From contig VGRE01000003.1 of NCBI GenBank assembly GCA_016875435.1, forward strand, positions 1 to 46,425: a DNA stretch of 46,425 bases, in the 5' to 3' direction. The translations under genes were made by a program, and so were the position numbers. The notes under the pieces were generated by a model. The model did not search any database, was not told the origin of the DNA, and was given only the letters and a program-made list of their open reading frames with translations. Below, piece by piece: positions 37,459 to 45,213 of the stretch. Source of the DNA: Deltaproteobacteria bacterium (lineage in GTDB: Bacteria > Myxococcota_A > UBA796 > SXON01). Numbering within the stretch: position 1 is the stretch's first letter; every line of letters starts with the position of its first letter.

Positions 37459-37495
37459 GTGACCGTGGTGGTCACGGCGTGGTGCGCCAGGTCAC
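37459..37495. promoter_or_regulatory. Candidate transcription-factor binding site(s) between the divergent oxidase and lipoprotein genes
   Basis: Perfect GTGACC-N5-GGTCAC at 37459-37475 and a degenerate copy GTGGTG-N5-GGTCAC 20 bp further on. Confidence 0.45.
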
Positions 37496-37546
37496 CGATG
37501 CGGGCGGCGCGGGCGCCGTGTAGAGCGGGCCGCTCCGGAGTTTTCC

Positions 37547-37960
37547 ATGCGTCTCGTCGTCTTCTTCCTCTTGGCCTGCTTCACTGGCGACACCACGGCC
37601 TCCGCCGACACCGCGGGCGGCACCGATACTGGCAACACCGCCGACAGCGGCGACACCAACGACACCGAGCCCACCTGCGCCACGGTGGAATCGGGCGACA
37701 ACTGGGCCTGGGGCGGCGAGTGTCCCCAGATGGTGACACCCTGCGACATCGTCGTGACCGAATGTGCGCTCGCCATCGACTACGACGCCGACGGCGGCAT
37801 GACGATGGGGATGCCGTTCTCGGGCACCATCGAGGGCGACACCGTGACCTTTGCCAACGACAACGGGGTGGACGACTGCGTGGGCACGGTCATCGCGGCC
37901 GACGAGATCGAAGGGAGCTGCAAGGGCGGTTGCACCTTCACGCTCGAGCGGGGCCGTTAA
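37547..37960 (+). CDS. Small Cys/Met-containing hypothetical lipoprotein
   Basis: GGAG SD; MRLVVFFLLAC; DT-rich tether; mature part with several Cys and GGMTMGM. Confidence 0.8.
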   Translation: MRLVVFFLLACFTGDTTASADTAGGTDTGNTADSGDTNDTEPTCATVESGDNWAWGGECPQMVTPCDIVVTECALAIDYDADGGMTMGMPFSGTIEGDTVTFANDNGVDDCVGTVIAADEIEGSCKGGCTFTLERGR

Positions 37961-37981
37961 GCTCGGGGGCAGGAGCCCCCC

Positions 37982-38623
37982 ATGCCCAAGCGCGTCCTGG
38001 TCGTCCTGGCCGGCTGCGGTCATCTCGATGGCAGTGAGATCCACGAGGCGGTGATCACGCTGCTGGCGCTCGCCCGCAGGGGCTGCGCCGTGCAGTGCGC
38101 CGCCCCCGACAAGCCGCAGCACCACGTGATCGACCACCTGCGGCGCGAGCCCACCGGCGAAACGCGCAACGTGCTGGTGGAGGCGGCGCGCATCGCGCGG
38201 GGAAACATCGCGGCGCTGGGCACGGTCAACGCGGCCGACTACGACGGGGTTTTCCTGCCGGGCGGCTTCGGCGCGGCGAAGAACCTCTCCGACGTGGCCT
38301 TCGCGGGCGCCGCCGCCCACGCCGACCCCGAGCTGGAGCGCGTTCTGCGCGCCTTCCGGGCGGCCAACAAGCCCATCGGCGGCGTGTGCATCGCGCCCGC
38401 CATCCTCGTGGCGGCGCTACGCGAGGGCGAGGTGACCATCGGCGCCGAGCCCGGCCCCATCGAGGGGCTCGGCGGCACCCACGTGGCCTGCCCGGTCACC
38501 GAGATGCACGTGGACCGGGCGCGTAAGATCGTCACCGCGCCGGCCTACATGTACGATGCCACCATCGCTGATGTCGCGACCGGAATCGAACGGGCGGTCG
38601 CCGCCTTCGCGGAGCTCCTGTGA
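37982..38623 (+). CDS. elbB: ElbB/ES1 glyoxalase (DJ-1/PfpI superfamily)
   Basis: GCGHLDGSEIHEAV, RNVLVEAARIARG, PGGFGAAKNLS, CIAP, TAPAYM. Confidence 0.93.
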   Translation: MPKRVLVVLAGCGHLDGSEIHEAVITLLALARRGCAVQCAAPDKPQHHVIDHLRREPTGETRNVLVEAARIARGNIAALGTVNAADYDGVFLPGGFGAAKNLSDVAFAGAAAHADPELERVLRAFRAANKPIGGVCIAPAILVAALREGEVTIGAEPGPIEGLGGTHVACPVTEMHVDRARKIVTAPAYMYDATIADVATGIERAVAAFAELL

Positions 38624-39339
38624 AGAAACAGCTCGCGGGCAAGGTCGTGGTCATCACCGGCGCCGGCCGCGGGCTCGGCAAGGCGCTCGCCGAGGCTTTC
38701 TCCGCCGAGGGGGCGTCGCTGGTGCTCGGAGCGCGCACCAGCATCGAGATCGACGAGCTGGCGGCGCGCTTGCCCGACACCATCGCCGTGCAAACCGACG
38801 TGCGCCTGCCCCGCGACGTGGACCGGCTGGTGGAGGCGGCCATGGCCGAGTTCGGCCGGATCGACGTTATGATCAACAATGCCGGCCTCGCCATCTACGG
38901 CCCGGTGGACGACACCACCCCCGACGCGGTCGACGCGATGATCGACACCAACGTGAAGGGTGTCATCTACGGCTCCCAGGCGGCGTTCCGGGCGATGAAG
39001 GTGCAGCGCGCCGGGCTCATCGTCAACATCAGCTCGATCGCGGGCAAGCTCCACCTGCCCAACGAGGCCGTCTACAACGCGTCGAAGTGGGCCGTCAACG
39101 GTTTCACGGGAACCCTGCGCCTCGAAGCCGCGAAGTGCAACGTGAAGGTGAGCTGCGTGTGTCCCGGCGGTATCGACACGCCCTTCTGGAAGGCGATGGA
39201 CTTCTACCCCTTCCCCGAGGGCATCGATCCGAGTCGCGACTTCATGTCGCCCGACGAGGTAGCGAAAACCGTGCTGGAGATGGCGTTGAAGTCTGATCGT
39301 TACGTGGTGCCGGAAGTGGTGATGGTGCCCCTCTTGTAG
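38620..39339 (+). CDS. Short-chain dehydrogenase/reductase
   Basis: TGAGRGLG, INNAG, NISS, YNASK, CPGGIDT. Confidence 0.93.
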   Translation: MKKQLAGKVVVITGAGRGLGKALAEAFSAEGASLVLGARTSIEIDELAARLPDTIAVQTDVRLPRDVDRLVEAAMAEFGRIDVMINNAGLAIYGPVDDTTPDAVDAMIDTNVKGVIYGSQAAFRAMKVQRAGLIVNISSIAGKLHLPNEAVYNASKWAVNGFTGTLRLEAAKCNVKVSCVCPGGIDTPFWKAMDFYPFPEGIDPSRDFMSPDEVAKTVLEMALKSDRYVVPEVVMVPLL

Positions 39340-39394
39340 GCTGCGCGCCGATTCCGCTAGCCCCCTCGGCCGCAGTGCATAGATTGGGCCGGTC

Positions 39395-40693
39395 ATGACC
39401 CGTCGCCGTCGGCTTCCCTGGACCGCCGTGCTCGGCGTCGCGGCGCTCGCCCTCCTCACCGGCGCCGGCTCCGAGGCCGTGTCTCACGTGCTCGTCGCGC
39501 TGCTGCTGGTGCTGGTGTCGGCCAAGCTCGGCGGCGACCTCGCGATGCGCCTGCGCCAGCCGCCCGTGCTCGGCGAATTGCTCGCCGGGGTGGTGGTGGG
39601 CAACCTGGGCCTAGTCGGCGTCGACGCCTTCGAGTGGATCGCGCACGACGAGATGGTGACCGTGCTCGCCGAGGTGGGCGTGGTGCTGCTGTTGTTCGAG
39701 GTGGGCCTCGAGAGCACGCTGGGACAGATGGCGCGGGTGGGTGGCAGCGCGTTCGTGGTCGCGACACTAGGCGTCGTGGCGCCGACGGCGCTCGGCGTGG
39801 GCGTGGGCGCCTGGCTTCTCCCGGACGAGTCGCTCTACGTGCACCTGTTCCTCGGCGCCATCCTCTGCGCCACCAGCGTGGGCATCACCGCGCGCGTGCT
39901 GCAAGACCTCGGCGCCTCGCAGACGCCCGAGGCGCGCGTGATCCTCGGCGCGGCGGTGATCGACGACGTTCTCGGCCTGGTGGTGCTCGCCGCCGTGGCG
40001 GGGGTCATCGAGGCGGCCAACGCGGGACAATCGGCCGGGGTCGGCCCGATCGTCATCATCGTCGCCAAGACCCTCGGCTTCCTCGTGGCGGCGGGCCTCG
40101 TGGGGGTGTTCGTCGTCCCCCGCGTGCTGCGCCGCGCCGCCCGCCTGCGTGGCACCGGCGTGATGCTGGGCCTGACGCTGGCCTTTTGCTTCGCGATGTC
40201 TTTCGCCGCGCTCCAGGTCGGCCTCGCGCCGATCGTCGGCGCCTTCGCGGCCGGGCTCGTGCTGGAACACGCGCACTACCAGCCCTTCCACGAGAGGGGA
40301 GAGCGGGAGATCGAGGAGCTGGTCCACCCGATCGTGCAGTTCCTCGCCCCGGTGTTCTTCGTGCTGATGGGCTTCAAGGTCGACCTCCGCGCCTTTGCTG
40401 ACACCTCGGTGCTCGCGCTCGCGGCCGCGCTCACCGTGGTTGGCATCGTCGGTAAGCAGGTGTGTTCGCTGGGGGTGCTCGACAAGACCATTCGTCGCCT
40501 GCCGGTGGGCGTGGGGATGATCCCGCGCGGCGAGGTGGGCCTCATCTTCGCCGACGTGGGCGCCAAGCTGATGTTCCAGGGACATCCCGTCGTGAACAGC
40601 GGCACGTTCTCGGCGGTGGTGATCATGGTGATCGTCACCACCCTGGTCACGCCGCCGGCGCTCACGTTGGTGATGCGGCCGGCGCGTGCTTAG
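39395..40693 (+). CDS. Cation:proton antiporter (CPA2/NapA-like)
   Basis: QPPVLGELLAG, LLFEVGLE, ATSVGITARVL, GAAVIDD, GAFAAGL, GMIPRGEVGLI. Confidence 0.92.
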   Translation: MTRRRRLPWTAVLGVAALALLTGAGSEAVSHVLVALLLVLVSAKLGGDLAMRLRQPPVLGELLAGVVVGNLGLVGVDAFEWIAHDEMVTVLAEVGVVLLLFEVGLESTLGQMARVGGSAFVVATLGVVAPTALGVGVGAWLLPDESLYVHLFLGAILCATSVGITARVLQDLGASQTPEARVILGAAVIDDVLGLVVLAAVAGVIEAANAGQSAGVGPIVIIVAKTLGFLVAAGLVGVFVVPRVLRRAARLRGTGVMLGLTLAFCFAMSFAALQVGLAPIVGAFAAGLVLEHAHYQPFHERGEREIEELVHPIVQFLAPVFFVLMGFKVDLRAFADTSVLALAAALTVVGIVGKQVCSLGVLDKTIRRLPVGVGMIPRGEVGLIFADVGAKLMFQGHPVVNSGTFSAVVIMVIVTTLVTPPALTLVMRPARA

Positions 40694-40702
40694 AGTCGTC
40701 GC

Positions 40703-40918
40703 ATGGAACACACCACCATCGCCGTCCGCGGCATGTCCTGCAGCCACTGCGTGATGACCGTGGAGCGCGGCCTCGGCCAGCTCCCCGGCGTCAAGCGCGT
40801 GGCCGTGGATCTCGAGGCCCAGACGGTGACCATCTCTCACGAGGGCGCCGCCCCGGGCGACGACAAGCTCCGCGCTGCGATCGACGACATGGGCTACGAG
40901 TACGGGCGGAGGCTGTAG
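40703..40918 (+). CDS. copZ: CopZ-like heavy-metal-associated chaperone
   Basis: GMSCSHC, AIDDMGYE, 71 aa; TAGAGT box 6 nt before the ATG. Confidence 0.88.
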   Translation: MEHTTIAVRGMSCSHCVMTVERGLGQLPGVKRVAVDLEAQTVTISHEGAAPGDDKLRAAIDDMGYEYGRRL

Positions 40919-41093
40919 GGGCGGGGGTAGGCTGTAGTAGAGGAACGAGAAAGGTTTTCTGCTCAAAGACCGTCGCGCTGATTCCCAGCCCGCCCGCCAC
41001 GTTCTCGATGTACAGGGGTCGCCCACCACTTGCCGGGGCGGCGCCTGCACGCGGGCCGAGAGCGCGGCGGAGCGCATCTCCTTCTTTCAGAGA

Positions 41094-41149
41094 GTGTAGC
41101 GGCCGCTCGCGGCCGGGTCGATCGCCCGGGAGCCGGTGTTCCGCTACGC
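41094..41149. terminator. GC-rich stem-loop between convergent genes (terminator or REP-like)
   Basis: GTGTAGCGG...CCGCTACGC outer stem with inner CCGGG/CCCGG stem; no U-tract. Confidence 0.4.
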
Positions 41150-41183
41150 CAGGGCGTCTTGCTGGTCGTTCAAGAAGCAGGCA

Positions 41184-41843
41184 CTACTTGGGCTTGCCGA
41201 TCACGATGCCGAGGCCCACTTGCAGGAAGACGCCGCTGCCATCCACCCCCACGCTGTCCGAGACGCCGTCGGCGGAGCCCGCCCCGAACAGCGGGCGAAC
41301 TAGCGCTAGCTCGGGGATGAGCCGGACCGAGCCGCCCACGTGCGCCGAGTAGCCTGCCGATGCCCCGAGGCTCCAGATGGCGGCCGAGGCGCTGGATCCC
41401 GCCGCACCGGCGTTGAAACTCCACACGTGGACCTTGGGCCCGAGCACCACCTGGTTCTCGCCCATGCGCAGGCCAAACAGCACCGGGACGTGTAGCGCGA
41501 GGATCGACACGCTCGCGTCGGCGGCGCCGATGGCCATGCCGCCCACGGCCGGGGCGATCGAGATGGGCACGTTCGCGTCGCGCTCGGTGAGGCCAAACTT
41601 GCCGGATAGCTCGATGCCGCTGGAGCCCACGCGCCCGCCGATGTCGACACGATCGCTGAGTCCCACCCGCGCCGACACGCCGGCGTGGGGGTACAGCAAG
41701 GTGGCGCTCTCGCCGCTACCCCCCCACATCGAGGGCTCGATGCCCACTTCCCAGTTGCCCTTCCCGAGCGTCTCGGCGTTCTGGAAGGTGCCGAAAGTGG
41801 CGCAGCCGGTGAGGAGGGGAAACGCGGCGAGAAGTCGATGCAC
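41184..41843 (-). CDS. Hypothetical lipidated outer-membrane beta-barrel-like protein
   Basis: GTG 41843 after GGAG; LLTGC lipobox; Q.AETLGKG..E.G; alternating amphipathic strands ending FLQVGLGIVIG. Confidence 0.75.
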   Translation of the reverse strand: MHRLLAAFPLLTGCATFGTFQNAETLGKGNWEVGIEPSMWGGSGESATLLYPHAGVSARVGLSDRVDIGGRVGSSGIELSGKFGLTERDANVPISIAPAVGGMAIGAADASVSILALHVPVLFGLRMGENQVVLGPKVHVWSFNAGAAGSSASAAIWSLGASAGYSAHVGGSVRLIPELALVRPLFGAGSADGVSDSVGVDGSGVFLQVGLGIVIGKPK

Positions 41844-41877
41844 GGTCGCTCCGTTGTTGCGAGCGAGGGTACCACGG

Positions 41878-42070
41878 TGGCTCATCGGCCTCTGCCCTCC
41901 CCGGCGGCGTCATCTTCGTCTGCGGGACGGGCAAGCTCGCTCTCTCGCCGGGGATCAAGCCGCTGGTGGTCGGCATCACCGTGGTGGCCTTCTGCGCGCC
42001 GGCGCCCGAGGTGGCGGCCTCGGTCACCACCGCCCTCAACGGCAGCCCGGCGCTGGCGGTGGGCAGCGGG
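41878..42070 (+). pseudogene. Decayed N-terminal fragment of a YrbG-type Ca2+/Na+ antiporter
   Basis: Translates as ..FVCGTGKLALSPGIKPLVVGITVVAFCAPAPEVAASVTTALNGSPALAVGS, close to the alpha-1 repeat consensus GA..LA...GI..LVVGLTVVAFGTS.PE..VS..AAL.G..D.AVGN; GTS motif is degraded and the fragment is truncated. Confidence 0.6.
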
Positions 42071-42115
42071 CTATGGACCCGTGAAGTCAACCCCTGCCCG
42101 TGGCATCATTGGATC

Positions 42116-43981
42116 GTGCTCCTCCTCGCCCTGGCGTGTGCGCCCGCCGAGACATCCCCCTGCGCCTACGGCTTCGAGGTCGACGAGGTGGGCAAGTGCG
42201 TGCCACCGGACGGCGAAAACATCGATGACACCGATGACACCGATGACACCGATGACACCGATGACACCGATGACACCGATGACACCGATGACACCGGCAC
42301 TTGGCGCTCGCTCCCCGCCGGGTGCGCCGTCCCGTCGGCGCTCGCGACCGATCCCATCGTCTTGACCGACGAGTTGGTCCCCGGCGAGCAGGGTGGTAGC
42401 TACGAGATGTTGGACATCGAGCTGGCCGACGGCGTGGCCTACGCCGTGGGAGAGGGCGGGCTGCTGGTGCTCGATCCCACCCCGGGCGCGGCGCGGGTGC
42501 TGGGCGCCGGCGTGGGATCGAGGTTTCACCGGGTGGAGCCGCTCGGCCAGGGCCTGGTGGCGTTGACCCACCGCGAGGTGGGGCTCGTCCTGGTCGACGC
42601 GAGCGATCCCGCCGCCCTGTCGCAGGTGGCCAGTCTCGCGGTCGCCGGCATGGAGGGCATGGCGGCGGTCGAAGGCTACCTCTACGCGAGCGTGCACGAC
42701 CACGGCGTGTACGTGCTCGACGTGTCCGATCCGACGCGACCGGTGAAGGTGGGCGGGAGCATGGGCCTGTCCGCGGCCTGGGAGCTGAGCAAGCCGCGGG
42801 AGGGCTGGATCTACGCTGCCGACAACGCGCTCGGCGTGGTGCCGATCGACGTCTCCGACCCGCTGTTCCCGCTCGTCGGCACCCCGGTCGATCTCGGCGC
42901 GGCCGTGCTCCACGTCAGCATCGACGGCGACCACCTCTACGCGTCCACCGGGGGCTTCGGCGTGGTGGTGCTCGACCTGGCCGACCCCGCCGCGCCGCTG
43001 CCGGTGGCGACCCTGCCAACCGGCGGCTCGGCGGTGATGGCCGACGCCGACGAGGGGCTCCTGGTCGCCGCCGACCACGACGGGATCGCCGCCTGGGACG
43101 TGTCCGACCCCGCCGCGCCCGTGCCGCTCGGCCGGGAGGCAACCCCGCAGGTCGCGCTCGGCGTGGCGCTTGGCAGCGACGTGGCCTGGGTGACGGACTG
43201 GACGGCGATCGAGGGCTGGGCCATCGACCGGGCGGCGGTGGCGCCCGAGTTGTCGCTGTCGTCATCGGAGGTGCTGGTTCCCATCGAGGGCGGGAGCGTG
43301 GAGCTGAGGGTGACCAACCACGGTTCGGCGGCGCTGTCCCTGCTCGGGGCCCTGAGCAGCGACGCGCGCCTGGCGATCGCGGCGAGCACCGACTCGCTGG
43401 CCCCCGGCGAGGAGGGGCTGCTCCGCCTGTCCTTCGCGGGCGACGGCGACGAGCTCGACGCCAGCGTGTGCCTTGTAAGCGACGACCCGGACGACCCGGT
43501 GCAGACGATCATGGTCGGCACCAGCAATGGCGACCCCTACATCGGCCTCGCCGCGCCGGACTTCGAACTGCCGGGGATCGACGGCAACACCTATCGTCTC
43601 TCCGACCAGCTTGGGCACCCGGTGATGCTGGCCTTCTTCGCCACCTGGTGCTCCGTCTGCCCGTCCGAGGTCTCGGACATCGACCAGAGTATCTACCAGG
43701 CCTACAAGGACGCCGGCGTGGTGGTGTGGGCCATCGCGAGCGGGGATACCGACATCGAAAGCGTGGTGCGGTTTGCCGAGGGCTTCGAGTTGACCCTGCC
43801 CGTGCTCTACGACGAGGGCGGGCGCGTGCAAGCGGACTACGTGACGCAGCCTGAGGTGGGAGCCGCCACCCACCACGGGGAGTGGATCATCGGCGCCGAC
43901 GGCGTGATCGTGTACCACGCCGCCGACTACGACCACGACGCCGTGGTGGACGTGATCGAGGCGCAGTTGGGTGGGCAGTGA
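42116..43981 (+). CDS. Lipoprotein: LVIVD-repeat propeller, ASH/Ig domain, C-terminal TlpA/redoxin domain
   Basis: GTG 42116 gives MLLLALAC; repeated G(L/V).V.DVSDP..P; SDDPD; APDF.L, FFATWCSVC. Confidence 0.85.
   Translation: MLLLALACAPAETSPCAYGFEVDEVGKCVPPDGENIDDTDDTDDTDDTDDTDDTDDTDDTGTWRSLPAGCAVPSALATDPIVLTDELVPGEQGGSYEMLDIELADGVAYAVGEGGLLVLDPTPGAARVLGAGVGSRFHRVEPLGQGLVALTHREVGLVLVDASDPAALSQVASLAVAGMEGMAAVEGYLYASVHDHGVYVLDVSDPTRPVKVGGSMGLSAAWELSKPREGWIYAADNALGVVPIDVSDPLFPLVGTPVDLGAAVLHVSIDGDHLYASTGGFGVVVLDLADPAAPLPVATLPTGGSAVMADADEGLLVAADHDGIAAWDVSDPAAPVPLGREATPQVALGVALGSDVAWVTDWTAIEGWAIDRAAVAPELSLSSSEVLVPIEGGSVELRVTNHGSAALSLLGALSSDARLAIAASTDSLAPGEEGLLRLSFAGDGDELDASVCLVSDDPDDPVQTIMVGTSNGDPYIGLAAPDFELPGIDGNTYRLSDQLGHPVMLAFFATWCSVCPSEVSDIDQSIYQAYKDAGVVVWAIASGDTDIESVVRFAEGFELTLPVLYDEGGRVQADYVTQPEVGAATHHGEWIIGADGVIVYHAADYDHDAVVDVIEAQLGGQ
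42224..42295 (+). repeat. Perfect 9-bp coding microsatellite (GATGACACC)x8 encoding (DDT)8
   Basis: Eight exact tandem copies read directly from the sequence. Confidence 0.97.
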
Positions 43982-43991
43982 GCGATCCTTC

Positions 43992-44040
43992 GCTCGCCCG
44001 GTGATCGACGCCGGGCCCCGGCGGGATCACCGGTGCGGGC
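43992..44040. terminator. Strong intergenic hairpin (terminator/stability element)
   Basis: CCGGTGATC/GATCACCGG stem, inner CGCCGG/CCGGCG, outer GCTCGC/GCGGGC; no U-tract. Confidence 0.5.
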
Positions 44041-44084
44041 CGGCTAGTTGCCCGGTAGGGTGGTACCGGTTTTTCGAGGTGCCG

Positions 44085-45188
44085 ATGCTTTTTCTTGTCG
44101 TCTTCGCCTGTACGCCCGAGACAGTCGAAGAAACGGAGAAAGAAGGGGCGACGTTGCCCACCACCGCCCTCGGCACCGGCGAGGGGGAACTCGACCCCGA
44201 GTCGGTGGACTACACCTACATCCTCGGCGACGAGGAGCAGCTCTCCGACCCGCGCGATCTCGGCTTCGACCCCGACGGCAACTTGTGGATCGCCAATCGG
44301 GACGATGACTGCACCTTCATCGTGTTCGACGCCGGGGAAGAGAACCAGTCCTACTACCGCCAGAAAGACTTCGCCGCCGAGCACTTCATGGAGGAGACGT
44401 CGGCCTTCGCCTTCGAGACCGCCGAGGGCCAGGACGGCGACCACGGCTACGAGTTCGGCTCCTGCGGCGAGTCGCGCAACACCTACAACGGCCGGCGGCG
44501 ACCCGACAACTTCATGGGCCCGGTGTTGTGGTCGGCGCAGATCGACATCTTCGCCGAGGAGAATCCCAACGGCCTCGGCAGCCACCTCGACATGCTGCAC
44601 CAGAGCCCCAACTGCGTGGGCCTGGCCTGGGAGCGCAACAACGTGTACTGGGTGTTCGACGGCCTGGCGGGCAACGTGGTGCGCTACGACTTCCAGGACG
44701 ACCACGACGTGGGCCAGGACGATCACAGCGACGGCCTGGTCTACCGCCTCAGCGAGCCCACCGTCACCCGGGTGGAAGAGGCCCCGGGCCACATGATGAT
44801 CGACCCGGCCACCGGGATTCTCTACGTGGCCGACACCGGCGGCGGGCGGGTGCTGGCGCTCGACACCCAGAGTGGAGAACGCGGCAAGGAACTGCGCGCG
44901 CGGAACGAGCCGCTCGAGGACTACGCCGAGTGGGACGGTGTCGAGTGGCAGGAGCTGGTCACCGGCCTCTCCGAGCCCGGCGGCCTCGCGCTCGGCAACG
45001 GCGTGCTCTACGTGGCCGAGTGGGGCACCGGCATCATCCGGGCCTTCGATCTCGGGGGCAACCGCGTCCAGGCGCTCGACACCGGCGCCGGCGCCGGGGC
45101 GATCTACGGGATCGAGATCGGTCCCGACGGGGCGCTCTGGGTGGTCGACAACGCGGCGCCGGGGGTTTTCAGGGTGGATCCGATTTGA
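44085..45188 (+). CDS. Acidic beta-propeller lipoprotein (NHL/SMP-30-like repeats)
   Basis: GAGGT SD then MLFLVVFAC; PRDLGFDPDGNLWIAN, LYVADTGGGRV, LYVAEWGTG, IGPDGALWVVD; HLDMLH motif. Confidence 0.82.
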   Translation: MLFLVVFACTPETVEETEKEGATLPTTALGTGEGELDPESVDYTYILGDEEQLSDPRDLGFDPDGNLWIANRDDDCTFIVFDAGEENQSYYRQKDFAAEHFMEETSAFAFETAEGQDGDHGYEFGSCGESRNTYNGRRRPDNFMGPVLWSAQIDIFAEENPNGLGSHLDMLHQSPNCVGLAWERNNVYWVFDGLAGNVVRYDFQDDHDVGQDDHSDGLVYRLSEPTVTRVEEAPGHMMIDPATGILYVADTGGGRVLALDTQSGERGKELRARNEPLEDYAEWDGVEWQELVTGLSEPGGLALGNGVLYVAEWGTGIIRAFDLGGNRVQALDTGAGAGAIYGIEIGPDGALWVVDNAAPGVFRVDPI

Positions 45189-45213
45189 TCAGTGGGGGCG
45201 TGGAGCGCGGCGC

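Noticed and set aside
40930-41090. Possible small gene on the minus strand after AAGAAGGAG-ATG (41077)
   Set aside because: The frame runs antisense through copZ and the antiporter with no recognisable product; unsupported
42224-42295. Tandem repeats as a CRISPR array
   Set aside because: No spacers; it is an in-frame 9-bp coding microsatellite; no cas genes in the window
43630-43670. Selenocysteine or stop-codon recoding in the redoxin CxxC
   Set aside because: Both positions are TGC; no in-frame TGA interrupts any recognised gene in the window
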